Shown here: positions 1-10,262 of the stretch, in pieces
Position numbering within the stretch: the first letter of the stretch is position 1
How the letters are laid out: the number at the start of each line of letters is the position of its first letter
DNA from: a virus
Taxonomy: Duplodnaviria > Caudoviricetes
DNA length: 64,000 bases
IMG/VR virus record: IMGVR_UViG_3300021387_000688
Strand: one strand, 5' to 3'
Program-made: the position numbers and the translations under genes
Notes under the pieces: model-generated
What the model was told of the DNA's origin: nothing
Database searches by the model: none
Seen by the model: only the letters and a program-made list of their open reading frames with translations

Positions 1-515
1 GGTTCAATTTCTGCAATGATGTCTCCTGGAGCGGCTTCCTGAGATTCATAAGTAAATACTACATAATCTGAATCGAATGGGTAGTTACAATCAATTGACT
101 TATAACGAATGTTATGAGAGATTTCTCCTTTACGATCTGCATTCATAATAGAACGTTCAATATTGTCACACAAATCGTAAACGGTAGCTGAACTTTCTTT
201 TAAGTTACCTTTTGACTTCTTTGATTCTTTCAATGATAAGGCTGTGGCTTTGTCTACAATCTTTCCCCAGAATATACCAGTGAATGGGAATTTATCCCAA
301 TCCAATACATCTGTTAAAACCTTTAAGGAACTTACATCGAATCCGGCCCCCATATTATATCTAATTTCAGATAATAAATCTTCAGCCAAGTCATCTAGTT
401 TCGAATGAGGGTTAAAAGTTTCTCCATGCAATTCTGCATTCTTCTGCTGCCATTCAACACTATTCAAAATGCTCTTAAAAATCTTTTCAAAATCTTTATC
501 TAATTTAACCTGCAT
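1..515 (-). CDS. Partial ORF (runs off window), putative virion-internal protein with LKES motifs
   Basis: ATG at 515 after AGGAG; reads MQVKLDKDFEK...LSLKESKKSKGNLKESS; open to the window edge; CTAATT motif at 537-542. Confidence 0.6.
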   Translation of the reverse strand, partial: MQVKLDKDFEKIFKSILNSVEWQQKNAELHGETFNPHSKLDDLAEDLLSEIRYNMGAGFDVSSLKVLTDVLDWDKFPFTGIFWGKIVDKATALSLKESKKSKGNLKESSATVYDLCDNIERSIMNADRKGEISHNIRYKSIDCNYPFDSDYVVFTYESQEAAPGDIIAEIE

Positions 516-548
516 TGTTTACTCCTAATAATAAAAAATTAGTAGTTT

Positions 549-842
549 TTAAGGAAGTTTGTATTCCCCGGATTCGTCTGGATATAAATGAATTAGGTTT
601 TTCGTTCCTAGTAATTTGTCAAGGGGATTTTTCCTGCTCGGACCTTCTTTTAAAATATCTATTAGTTCTTCAAAAGGTTTATTCAAATCATAAAACCAAC
701 CGGATTTCCAATCATCCGGTATTAAAATACATTGAGAAATAGGGACTTTATAAAGTTCAGCTACTTTGTGGGAGGGTATATAATGTTCTTGACCATCATT
801 TATGGAGTTTACGTACCCTCCAAACACTGCATATTTTTTCAC
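549..842 (-). CDS. Hypothetical phage protein
   Basis: 97 aa ORF overlapping its neighbour by 4 nt. Confidence 0.6.
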   Translation of the reverse strand: MKKYAVFGGYVNSINDGQEHYIPSHKVAELYKVPISQCILIPDDWKSGWFYDLNKPFEELIDILKEGPSRKNPLDKLLGTKNLIHLYPDESGEYKLP

Positions 843-1141
843 GATACGTATACCTTATTACCATCAATATCGTAATATTTGTTGCGATGTTTTCTGAGCA
901 ATTTAAGTTCATCTACTGCATCGTACCACTCTGTATAAAATCCCATAGGACGATAAGCTCTATGAGTAGAAGGTGTATTAAGAATTTCCTGTACTTTGGT
1001 TATATCCAAATTGTCAATTGGTTTCAAATGCTCGCAATGAATCTCATTATCATAAGGATAACAATTATCTACTGTACCAATAAAAAGATGGTCCCCTTTT
1101 CTAGCGGCGTCTACACAAAAAGCAATTTCGCGAAAATTCAT
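839..1141 (-). CDS. Hypothetical phage protein
   Basis: 100 aa ORF, coupled stop/start, AGGAGG upstream. Confidence 0.65.
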   Translation of the reverse strand: MNFREIAFCVDAARKGDHLFIGTVDNCYPYDNEIHCEHLKPIDNLDITKVQEILNTPSTHRAYRPMGFYTEWYDAVDELKLLRKHRNKYYDIDGNKVYVS

Positions 1142-1374
1142 TACGCTTCCTCCTTAATACGAAGTTCAGAAACATCCCACTTATCTTCCATGCACTTGAG
1201 GGCAAACTCAGGAGTAACATCTTTCCAGAAGCCACCGTCTCCGTGGTCATCCCAATACTGAATTGTTTTACCGAGCAATGAAGCTGCAAGCAATTCTGAA
1301 GCCCTTTTAGCTTTTGCATCCATCTGTGCCCATACATTGGCCATCAATTTTGCAATTGTCTCATTTGCTTCCAT
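1141..1374 (-). CDS. Hypothetical phage protein
   Basis: 77 aa ORF with AGGAGG SD. Confidence 0.65.
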   Translation of the reverse strand: MEANETIAKLMANVWAQMDAKAKRASELLAASLLGKTIQYWDDHGDGGFWKDVTPEFALKCMEDKWDVSELRIKEEA

Positions 1375-1388
1375 AATTGTCCTCCTGG

Positions 1389-1676
1389 TTATTTATCAAG
1401 CTTTGAATATACAAAGTTATGAATGTTCTTCATATGTTTTTCCCGAGCTACAGGATCATTATGCCATGGACCTATAACATTAAATTCAATAGTTGAATAA
1501 ATACTTTTACGTGAAATCCTTTTTTCTGCAAGTTTTGCTTTCCAATTTGCAAGTGTTTCTTCTGGAATTGTGTCAAGTGTAATTGCTTCGCCAGTAGACT
1601 TTAGTTTAAGATGTCCAGCCTCTGCCTTAACGATTGCTACTGCGATTGAATCCCTAACGTCCTTTTTTGTTGCCAT
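1389..1676 (-). CDS. Hypothetical early protein
   Basis: 95 aa, GAGG SD, directly after a GAAATT-N18-TATATT promoter. Confidence 0.65.
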   Translation of the reverse strand: MATKKDVRDSIAVAIVKAEAGHLKLKSTGEAITLDTIPEETLANWKAKLAEKRISRKSIYSTIEFNVIGPWHNDPVAREKHMKNIHNFVYSKLDK

Positions 1677-1696
1677 ATTTCGTACCTCTTGATAAT

Positions 1697-1726
1697 AATA
1701 TAGCTAAACCCGGAACCCTGAATTTC
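1697..1726 (-). promoter_or_regulatory. Class A promoter GAAATT-N18-TATATT
   Basis: Same two boxes and 18-nt spacing recur at 27417-27446 and 38538-38567. Confidence 0.7.
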
Positions 1727-1741
1727 TAAAAAGGCAAAATA

Positions 1742-1767
1742 ATACTCCTATTTTTCAATAGGAGTGT
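1742..1767 (-). terminator. Intrinsic terminator
   Basis: Inverted repeat ATACTCCTAT / ATAGGAGTGT downstream of the 1773 ORF. Confidence 0.65.
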
Positions 1768-1772
1768 TTTTA

Positions 1773-2468
1773 TTAAATCCTTCTTAAATGATCTTTTGAA
1801 ATCCAACCCGCTAGATATAAACCTACTACTATGTCTCTACCGTCGTAAGAATCTTTTCCTTCTATAGTTATAATATCCTTTGCGGTTCTTCCTAAGTCCG
1901 TTATTGTACCGTATTCGACGGGATTGTCTTTGTCTTCCCAAATTTCTATTTTATCATAACGGTTATTTACATAAGGGATTTTTCCTTCTTTAACATATCT
2001 TTCTGCAATCTCTTTACATTCTTCCATAGAAGGTACATACAATACGGCAGATTTTACATGACGGGAACCTGTAACTTTATTTTCATCCCCTTCATGTCTA
2101 AACTCTACTAAGTAGTATTCTCTTACATCGTTTTCACTTGGCTTTTTAACTTTAGCACTTCCTATAAATTTCTTGTAAAGTTTTTCTGCCAATTTTTTAA
2201 CTTCTTTAGGGTCCTTATAGATTTCTAATGCTTTTTTCCTTAAGTATGCTTTTGAGGTCATCTGTACAACATTTTTATCTGTATATTTTACGACTTCCTC
2301 TACACTAGTCATGCCTTTATCATATACGGCTTCTTCTACTTTATTGGCTATTTCTGTATTAAGACTGGTCCTGAATTTAAATTCATTACCTATATACTCT
2401 ATTGAGTCCATGTAGAGTTTATCTTTATCAATGTTTGCTACTTCAGATTCTCTTATTATTCTAGCCAT
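1773..2468 (-). CDS. Hypothetical protein, possible head-internal protein
   Basis: 231 aa; N-terminus MARIIRES resembles a prohead-protease-cleaved leader. Confidence 0.55.
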   Translation of the reverse strand: MARIIRESEVANIDKDKLYMDSIEYIGNEFKFRTSLNTEIANKVEEAVYDKGMTSVEEVVKYTDKNVVQMTSKAYLRKKALEIYKDPKEVKKLAEKLYKKFIGSAKVKKPSENDVREYYLVEFRHEGDENKVTGSRHVKSAVLYVPSMEECKEIAERYVKEGKIPYVNNRYDKIEIWEDKDNPVEYGTITDLGRTAKDIITIEGKDSYDGRDIVVGLYLAGWISKDHLRRI

Positions 2469-2470
2469 GA

Positions 2471-2878
2471 CTAATCTCCGTAAGTAATATTAGGTGCCCA
2501 AGTTTTTTCTTCGAAAGGTTCATCACCCCATTTGACGCCTGGGTTTTGTTTCTTTGTAGGGAATGGATCATCCCCATATTTGATTCCAGGAGTCATAGAT
2601 TTCTCTGGGAAAGATTCTCCATATTTAATGCCTGGCTTATGTACACCGTTTTCTCCGCCTTTTGCATCCCAAGAAGCGAAAGCAGCTTTTCTTCTTCTAT
2701 TACGAATATTGCCACCATCGTTAAATTCATCATTCTCTTCGTATTCAAAAGGTTCTTCTACATCTTCTCTTAAGGCGTTTTCTTTTAGATATTCTTCTTC
2801 CCAATCATAGTCATTTTCAGCTTCTTTAAAAGAATATTCTTGAGTTAAACGTTCTATATCTTTTTGTAAATCACTCAT
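2471..2878 (-). CDS. Acidic protein with four ~16-aa PGIKYGD-type repeats
   Basis: KPGIKYGE / TPGIKYGD / NPGVKWGD / APNITYGD; CTAATT motif 6 nt before ATG. Confidence 0.65.
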   Translation of the reverse strand: MSDLQKDIERLTQEYSFKEAENDYDWEEEYLKENALREDVEEPFEYEENDEFNDGGNIRNRRRKAAFASWDAKGGENGVHKPGIKYGESFPEKSMTPGIKYGDDPFPTKKQNPGVKWGDEPFEEKTWAPNITYGD

Positions 2879-2893
2879 AAACTTAATTAGTAA

Positions 2894-3898
2894 CTACTTT
2901 AGTATCTCAATAATCCTTACGCCGAAGTTTTCATCTAATACAACTACTTCACCTTTTGCAATAGTTTTTCCATTGCATGTAATGTCACAAGGTTCTCCTG
3001 CCAACTTATCGAGTTCGATAATTGTACCTTCTCCCATTTTTGAGATTTCTTTCAATGTTTTAGAAGCGGAACCCAATTTAACTTCTATTGGCAACTTAGT
3101 ATCCATTAAAGGATTTAATCCAATATCTTTAGGGGCGGTTTTAATTTCTTTTTCTCCGTTAATTTCTTTCATAAGTTTTTTTATTATCCTCCAATCAAAT
3201 CCTATATTAAAAAATCCTTCTGATGTAGATTTCTCATCAACCTCTGCACGAAATTCGAAAGTTAATAAGCAATACATTTGGCCCATTTCTAATGGAGACT
3301 TATCTGAATGGTAAGGGTCATCAAAATATTTGATTTTATTTATAGTAGGTGTTTTTAAGTTTTCATAAGAACTGAATGATTTCTTCAACAAACGAAGAAT
3401 AGGATGGAGTACAAGTTTATTATACTTTTTAACTTCTGTAGAAGTAAGTACTCTATTTGTCATTTTAGCTTCAGTTGGTTTACCTTTTGACAAAACAGGA
3501 GGATTATGAATTCCGCACAGATCAAAAACTATAAAAGGATCAATTGAAACAATCATTTCTTGATTATTAAAGTTGCAAACAGTAAAAGGAGAGGGGCAAG
3601 GAAAACTTCTTATACATTCTTCATAGGTTAGTTGATCTACAGAATCTATATGAATATGCACATTGTCTTTTCCATATTGTTTAGAATTAAATAAAAGAGA
3701 TAACTTTTTGGCAAAAAGTTCCCCGATATTAGATACTCTCCTTAATTCTTCTCGAGAAAATCTATCGGGCCTTTTGAAATCGTATATTTTAATTTTTCTA
3801 CGACGATGTTCGTCCATCTCTTCATGATCGTCGTCTCCTGAAGATATTGCTTTCAATAATTGATCTATTTCTGCTTGAGATAATGGTTCTGATCCCAT
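2894..3898 (-). CDS. fliM: Flagellar motor switch-like protein: FliM N-terminal and middle domains fused to a FliN/FliY-type SpoA domain
   Basis: [10 protein letters not shown] CheY-binding peptide, [19 protein letters not shown] (FliM); C-terminal [15 protein letters not shown]...[17 protein letters not shown] (FliN/FliY). Confidence 0.9.
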   Translation of the reverse strand: MGSEPLSQAEIDQLLKAISSGDDDHEEMDEHRRRKIKIYDFKRPDRFSREELRRVSNIGELFAKKLSLLFNSKQYGKDNVHIHIDSVDQLTYEECIRSFPCPSPFTVCNFNNQEMIVSIDPFIVFDLCGIHNPPVLSKGKPTEAKMTNRVLTSTEVKKYNKLVLHPILRLLKKSFSSYENLKTPTINKIKYFDDPYHSDKSPLEMGQMYCLLTFEFRAEVDEKSTSEGFFNIGFDWRIIKKLMKEINGEKEIKTAPKDIGLNPLMDTKLPIEVKLGSASKTLKEISKMGEGTIIELDKLAGEPCDITCNGKTIAKGEVVVLDENFGVRIIEILK

Positions 3899-3925
3899 CT
3901 TTTACACTCCTACTTATAATATAGA

Positions 3926-3949
3926 AAAGCCTTCCACTAGGAAGGCTTT
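3926..3949 (-). terminator. Intrinsic terminator abutting the FliM promoter
   Basis: AAAGCCTTCC-ACTA-GGAAGGCTTT; CTATATT at 3918-3924. Confidence 0.7.
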
Positions 3950-3969
3950 ACTTAAAAGTAAATTAAAAA

Positions 3970-4389
3970 TTACTCCTCTTCTGTTTCATCTTCAAGGTCT
4001 TCATCCTCGGCTTCGATTTCTTCCTCTTCTTCAGGTTCTTCACGAACTGGGGCATCTACTGGATTACCTTCTAACGCAGCTTTGAATTCATCTACGAACA
4101 ATACTGTGTCGTCAAGGTCCATATCCAATTCTGCATATTCACCTGCCCAAGCTTCAATCTTATCTCCCTGACTATCTTTTGCAGTAATCTCATAGGCTTC
4201 CGGGTCCATTGTAAACTCAAAATTCAATTCTGCTTTACCGCAATCTGCAAACCAGTTTACGGCAGAGTTGGAAAGTCTCTGTACAGTTATATCTTCTCTT
4301 CCTAGTTCGTTAAGGAAGTTCAATACCCTTGCTCTCATCTTGGCATTGTAGTTACCTAAGCGCGCTTCCTGTATACGTTCTTTTCTCAT
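3970..4389 (-). CDS. Acidic hypothetical protein, possible head-internal protein
   Basis: 139 aa, MRKERIQEA leader, AGGAG SD, CTAATT at 4410-4415. Confidence 0.6.
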   Translation of the reverse strand: MRKERIQEARLGNYNAKMRARVLNFLNELGREDITVQRLSNSAVNWFADCGKAELNFEFTMDPEAYEITAKDSQGDKIEAWAGEYAELDMDLDDTVLFVDEFKAALEGNPVDAPVREEPEEEEEIEAEDEDLEDETEEE

Positions 4390-4415
4390 TAAAGTCTCCT
4401 TTATAGGATAATTAG

Positions 4416-4927
4416 TTATTTAGAAGAGAATTTAATAGTAACTGTTTTACTTAGATTGTCTACTTGATAATCAAATGCAGGGTCTTTAAGATGCAAATCT
4501 ACATTTCCGTTCCCATTAAGGATTTGAAATTCTACATCATGCAACGATAACCCCTCGTTAGCCCAAAGTTGGAAAAGATTAGCAATACCTGCTACTGTTA
4601 ATTTTTCAGACATTTCTCCTCCAATAATCATCTCTATTCTTCATATTAGATACATGATCCATGTATACAAAGATGCATACAAATACAAATGCCATTCCCA
4701 ATGCTAATGAAATCATATTAATTCTCCTCCATTTTACAAGCTTTATATCCTGCAATAAAACTTTGACGGGCTTGCAATTCCTCACAAGGATCATCAAAGA
4801 ATTTATTACTACTATACTTCTTCCAAGCTAATTCTGCTTTCTTTTGAATACTTGCAAATTCTCTTATTTCAAGAGGTTGCTTAGTTTTTACCTTCTTCGA
4901 CCCATTCGAGAAAAATCCCATCTTCAA
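4416..4927 (-). CDS. Three small hypothetical ORFs (4416-4631, 4606-4797, 4718-4927; true starts probably internal)
   Basis: Tightly packed ORFs with SD sequences; the middle one has a transmembrane segment. Confidence 0.45.
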
Positions 4928-5267
4928 ATGCTCCTCTTTCTTTTCGCTTTTTAATTACTGCTTCAAAAACCTGCTTAGTAGATATGTTAAAGGCTTTCAA
5001 AGCATTTATATAAACTTCAAATAGGTCTGCCATTTCTTCTATAAGTTTTTCATATTCGGCGTCCCCATGACCTGCTTCAACACCGCAAACATGATCAAGC
5101 CATTCCCATGCATTAAAAACTTCTTCAGATTCTTCTTTAAGTTTCTTTGCAATAGCTCTATCGTAAGCAGAGCCTTTTACAACTTTTGCTTTAAAGGAAA
5201 GTCCTTTACCAATAATAATGTTAGGAATCTTATCTCTTACAAGTTTATTATAAGTTGTCTTTTTCAT
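4881..5267 (-). CDS. MazG-like / HisE-like NTP pyrophosphohydrolase
   Basis: YNKLVRDKIP start, KLKEESEE and EEMADLFEV acidic motifs, KRKERGAF end. Confidence 0.8.
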   Translation of the reverse strand: MKKTTYNKLVRDKIPNIIIGKGLSFKAKVVKGSAYDRAIAKKLKEESEEVFNAWEWLDHVCGVEAGHGDAEYEKLIEEMADLFEVYINALKAFNISTKQVFEAVIKKRKERGAFEDGIFLEWVEEGKN

Positions 5268-5703
5268 TCTTCTACCTCCCTATTCTGTAATGGAGTTGAA
5301 TTCAAATAATATTCTGGGCATTCACTCATATCGTCATCTAACTCTTCTTCTGTTAGTTCTACACCTGAACAATTGCAAAAATATTTATTTTCTTTTCCTT
5401 TGCAAGCTACTGCACAATACCTGCAACAATGTTGATACGCTTTCATTAATACCTTCCTATTACAAAACCTACTATCATTCCTAAACCGAAAAAGATTATA
5501 CCAAACATTATCCGGGTCCAAAATGAACGATTAATGTTAAACTTTACCCCAGGGCCAAATAAAGCTTTTATTGGATTGTAATCCTCTTTTACCATTTCCA
5601 ATTTTGGAGGCTCGGGAACCGGAACATCTTTTGCAGTTAATCTCTTAGCTTCTTTTCTTAAAGCTTCTTTCTCTTCTTCAGTTACAGGAATTTCTGTCAG
5701 CAT
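5264..5703 (-). CDS. Small Cys-rich ORF (5264-5521) and small membrane ORF (5446-5703)
   Basis: CCRYC...CNC...CPEY; C-terminal hydrophobic helix. Confidence 0.5.
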
Positions 5704-7001
5704 TTTGAGCCCACCTTTATAATTAATTCCAACATTTGTTTTAAGATACTCTTTACCTGGGAAATATCATAACTGTGAGGTAAACGATTCAAACTTTCGT
5801 TTATAGCATTAACCATATCTGCAGTAGAATTAGATTCACCACCAATTGTTTCTATATAACATTTATCCCAATGTTCAGGGTCTCCATAGTCTTCAGGATG
5901 TTCTTTAGCGAATTTTCTAAAGTCTTCTGCCTCTTCATCTGGAAGTTCTTTAAGATGTTCTTCTAATGAAATGCGTTCAATGCCTCGTTCCTTTTTCAAA
6001 AATTCTCTATAAAGTTTTTCCCATTCTTCATAAAGGATAGGTTCGAAAATCGCAAGCATTGCAGGATAATTAATTTTCAAGAAAGTTTTAAAATCTTTAA
6101 TTCTTTCATCTTCTTTAACTTGAGATTCGAGATAGTCTTCAAGTGTGTAAAGTCCTACTTTTTTATTCTCATACTTTTCTGAAAACTTTTTATAATCTTC
6201 CTGCCATTCTTCTCTTGTTCTTTTTAGAGAGATATCCCAATCTGCTGATTGACAAAATGCACTTGCTTTTACTTTGTCATCAATGAAAGCCTCAGTATAT
6301 TCTGACAAAGAATAAGTTTCTGCTTTAAGATTCTCTTCGGCTCTCTTCTTAAAGATTTCTTCTAATTCCTTTTGAGAGGTTTCTGGAAGATATTCTTTCT
6401 TTCCATAGAATCTCCAAATATTTGGAGAATACCATCGAAGCATTTTAATATTATTTTTTACTGTAACGATGTTGCAGAAGTTATGATTGTAACAAAAAGC
6501 TAACATAGGGATATTTTCAAGATCCCATTCTGTAACCATTGGTTCTCCATACTTCGCTTTAAATTCCATTACTTGTTCGTAAGTAGGATCATTAAACTTT
6601 AAGCGAATCTTTCCTTCTGCAAATTGAGAGAAGTCTAAAGGAAGTCCTGGTGGAAGTACATTCCATTCATCTCCATCAAAATATTCAATTTCTGCACCCT
6701 GCTCATAACAATTTTTCAAGAGTTTCTGAGAGTCAATTAAAAATTGATTTTTATTTTTCTTTTCCTTTTTAATCATTTCTTTTCCTTCTGTCGTATACAT
6801 TTTGTGCAAGTTTCCCCATCCTTTGATGCTCATATCCTCATATTCATAACCTGCTTTTTTAGCCCACTCCTCAAAGTCGATTGTATCTGCTTTACTATAT
6901 CCTAAAGTCTTGCAGTATTCTTCGAGACTATAAGGTTTATTCTTTTCATATTCTAATGCTTCTTGCAAAGAATCAAAAGTGTCGCAAATAAGTCTTTTCA
7001 T
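5697..7001 (-). CDS. Hypothetical protein with internal helical repeats
   Basis: 434 aa; YSLEEY / YSLSEY / YTLEDY / ISLEEH repeat starts. Confidence 0.65.
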   Translation of the reverse strand: MKRLICDTFDSLQEALEYEKNKPYSLEEYCKTLGYSKADTIDFEEWAKKAGYEYEDMSIKGWGNLHKMYTTEGKEMIKKEKKNKNQFLIDSQKLLKNCYEQGAEIEYFDGDEWNVLPPGLPLDFSQFAEGKIRLKFNDPTYEQVMEFKAKYGEPMVTEWDLENIPMLAFCYNHNFCNIVTVKNNIKMLRWYSPNIWRFYGKKEYLPETSQKELEEIFKKRAEENLKAETYSLSEYTEAFIDDKVKASAFCQSADWDISLKRTREEWQEDYKKFSEKYENKKVGLYTLEDYLESQVKEDERIKDFKTFLKINYPAMLAIFEPILYEEWEKLYREFLKKERGIERISLEEHLKELPDEEAEDFRKFAKEHPEDYGDPEHWDKCYIETIGGESNSTADMVNAINESLNRLPHSYDISQVKSILKQMLELIIKVGSKC

Positions 7002-7003
7002 TT

Positions 7004-8622
7004 TTACATCCTTGGAATATGGAAAGCGTTCAAAAAGTTTTCCACAGCTTCTACTTTTTCTTTATAAAAACCAATTTCTTTTCCGGCAGGATGACTATTG
7101 TAGCCATCATCAAATCCATTTATTCTAAACTTTTGCAATAGATCTATAGCTTCTCTTTCGTCCTTAAACTTCCACCAATCTGGACCTTTCTTCTTTTCTT
7201 CGTTTATTAAATCTCCAAATGTTGGTACACTAGCCATTATTAGTTGCCTCCGTTTGTAATTGCAATTCTTCTCTTATTACTGTAGCCATAAGTTTCTTAG
7301 TAGAATCTGGTAACGTTGCTAAGAAAGCTTGAAACGAAATTTCTGCAGGAGTTGTACAATGCAAGATTTGTTCTGCATCATCATATCTAAAATAATGAGG
7401 GTACTCATCTGCTACATGCCACCATTTTTTATTTGAATCATGAACCCAAGCTATTTTCAAACTCATCAATCCATTATAGATTTTAGCATAACAAGCTTCC
7501 ATAAAGGATTGAACAAATTGATGCCAACCTGTCATTACATAAATTGCAGCTATGATTTGTTCATCTCTTATAATTGTCATTATATTATCCTCAAACTATG
7601 TAAAACTAAAGCTTCTTTGTATCTTAAGGTATCTTCTTCTACAAAGTAATCCGCTACATGCTCTTCACCGGCCCTAAGTAGAGCTATTTGAATACCTTCA
7701 TAATCAATATTAATATCGGGGTGGTCAAAGTTTAAGTAACCTTTTAGGTTAATTTTGGAAACATATGTTTTAATACAATTACTGATATAATCATAATCGT
7801 TTCGATGATTCATGTACCAAAAATATTCTTGGCTTTCACAGTAACGTTTTATATCCTCCTGTATGTGATCTAGAGTATCAGATAACTGACAATATATGGC
7901 ATCAACTATAGCTTGACAAGGATCATCCCACCTGACTAAATCAAACTTGTCAAAATCTAATAAATGTTTCCAATTCATTTTTACCAGCCTAATTTTTTAT
8001 TTGGGTTTGATGTTCTTATTACTACAAGATTAGTAGGGTCCCATCTACCTGCAATTCTTTCACCAGTAAGGTCTTTAGCTATAACTTGATGCACGTCTAC
8101 TGCACTTACCCCGTAGTTATCACATGGATGTGATATAAAATCCCCTACTTCAATTTTGACACCAAACTTATCTTTGTGAGGGGAATTTACGGCTACCATT
8201 TCTTCAGCTTCTTTTGTAATAGAAGTTAATTTTGCTTCAAACTTAAATTCCCATGAATATAAATCTTTTCCAAAAACAATTTTTAGAAGTGGAAGAGTTC
8301 TTGCCTCATCAAAATCATGTCCTAAATTTGAATCAGAATATAATTTACCATCTGGTTGTATAACTGCTTCCTTAACGGTGACTCTATGGGTTGAAGGGTT
8401 AAGAGTAACACTAAACAGGATTGTATTTTTATTTAATTCTATATCTGCTTCTCCTAAATCCTGCCCGTAATACGTTACTACTTTTTCAAAATCATCGCAA
8501 CAATTTTCTAAAGAAACTACTTTTGTTTTAGGAGTACATTGCCAATATCTTGCACGACCCCCTTTTGTATAACCGGTGAGTGTTTTAACCCACTCATCTG
8601 CATTTACGTGAACAAATTTCAT
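7004..8622 (-). CDS. Four hypothetical ORFs (7004-7237, 7230-7580, 7580-7978, 7981-8622)
   Basis: Co-directional, translationally coupled ORFs. Confidence 0.6.
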
Positions 8623-8624
8623 AC

Positions 8625-9683
8625 CTACTCCTCTATGTTATAATTTGACAATGAAAGCTTAAAAGCTTCTTCAAATGTTTCTTTACCATAAGGAATTCTC
8701 TGCCATTTAGATTGAGTAGAAGATCTTGCAATTTCTCTTTTTACAGCATCAAAATAAAATGTACTAGGCGCGTCCTTACCTTCTGGGTCCCCGTAATCAT
8801 TACCTTGAAATCTTTTTCGCCATTCTTTATCAGAGATTCCTAAAATAGTTTTTACAGATAATTGATTTATGGCTGCATTATCAAAAGACATTGTTTCATA
8901 AAAATCTACTCCAAAATTCTTTTTCCAATTTCTAATTCTTTGTAGATGCCTTATCAACCAGTTCATTCCGTCGCAGATTTCCTGCATGTGTTCTTCATAG
9001 AAATGACTGCCTCTGCCCGTACCGGATTTATATCCAAGAATCAAAACTTTATTATTTTCGCAATAATTTGCTAAAGCTTCATTATAGATTCCTGCAATAA
9101 CATGGAATACGATGTTCTTGGTTATTTTCTTTAATTCGTCTATTGCTTTTTCTTCTTCTGGAGTAGGGGGATAATTCAAAGAGATTCCTATCCCCTTAAT
9201 TACATCCTTAAGTATTAAACCCTTCAACTCTTCTAAATGTTTAGGAAGATGTTTTTGATTTATAGTTACATTACAAATAACACCTTTATGAGTCATATCG
9301 CTTACAAACTTCGTAAAGTCAGGATGTTCTAAAGGATTTCCTCCGCCAATTGCAATTTCAGTACCTGCATGCCAAGTTTTGAAAATAGGAATCAATTCCC
9401 CATTAGTCTCATATAACTTTGCATGTTTACCTCTAAGAGAACTATTTTCATGGCAATATTTACAACCACCGTCGCAATAATTGGTTATCTTAACATCTAC
9501 ATTTTCGGCAAAATCAAAAGTGCATTTCTTAGAAAAGATAGAAGGTACATAACGAATTCTTGTACCATCTGATAAAAGGTAAGTGATGTGATTACCATTT
9601 TCATAAGAGGTAAAACTTAAATTATGTAGATCGCAATATCTAAATATTTTGCGATCCATTTTTCCAACTCTTTTATAGTTCAT
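8625..9683 (-). CDS. Radical SAM protein
   Basis: ITNYCDGGCKYCHE (CxxxCxxC) and GGGNPLEHPD. Confidence 0.9.
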   Translation of the reverse strand: MNYKRVGKMDRKIFRYCDLHNLSFTSYENGNHITYLLSDGTRIRYVPSIFSKKCTFDFAENVDVKITNYCDGGCKYCHENSSLRGKHAKLYETNGELIPIFKTWHAGTEIAIGGGNPLEHPDFTKFVSDMTHKGVICNVTINQKHLPKHLEELKGLILKDVIKGIGISLNYPPTPEEEKAIDELKKITKNIVFHVIAGIYNEALANYCENNKVLILGYKSGTGRGSHFYEEHMQEICDGMNWLIRHLQRIRNWKKNFGVDFYETMSFDNAAINQLSVKTILGISDKEWRKRFQGNDYGDPEGKDAPSTFYFDAVKREIARSSTQSKWQRIPYGKETFEEAFKLSLSNYNIEE

Positions 9684-10258
9684 TATTTAATTACATCCTT
9701 TGATTTGAAAAGTCCGTAAGTATCTTTTGCAGTATCTAATTCATAAAGCTCTTCTAAACAAGAAGAACAATAATCTGGCCAATCCCCTCCATATTCGTAA
9801 GTTCCTCCGAACATGTGATTAAGATGTTCGCACATAACTTCATCTTCAATAAAGTCATAATCTGGCATATAAAGATTACCGCAATGCTTACAAATCTTTA
9901 TAGGATTTTCCATATTATCAAAAGCAATTTTTGAAGGATCAATATCTGAACACTCTGGGAACATTTTATTCGGAGTAGATATATCATCTATTTCATAAGC
10001 ATCAATATAAATTCTCCAGATACGATTTGCAGAATCATCTAAAGGATCATAATCATGAGGTTCGTTGATTCTTTTTTCAAACTTTTCTCGGATTTCCTCT
10101 GGAAGTATTCCTTCCAAGAGGTATGATTTTCCTCCAGAAACTTCCAACTGGTGTTTAAGAGAATAATCCCCATCGTGCTTTACTTTGATAAACTTAAGAA
10201 AGTTATTCCCTTCCATAAGATTATAACCTATTAACATAAGGTCTCTTCTAGAACCCAT
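9683..10258 (-). CDS. Hypothetical Zn-binding protein
   Basis: CKHC and CSSC motifs. Confidence 0.55.
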   Translation of the reverse strand: MGSRRDLMLIGYNLMEGNNFLKFIKVKHDGDYSLKHQLEVSGGKSYLLEGILPEEIREKFEKRINEPHDYDPLDDSANRIWRIYIDAYEIDDISTPNKMFPECSDIDPSKIAFDNMENPIKICKHCGNLYMPDYDFIEDEVMCEHLNHMFGGTYEYGGDWPDYCSSCLEELYELDTAKDTYGLFKSKDVIK

Positions 10259-10262
10259 AGTT

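Noticed and set aside
2894-3898. Bacterial chromosome or host contamination because of fliM, ssrA and STAS
   Set aside because: Each is isolated among phage genes, carries the phage promoter motifs and matches the local base composition.
8625-9683. Assignment of the radical SAM gene as queE
   Set aside because: It is longer than QueE, lacks the QueE N-terminal signature and is not linked to queC.
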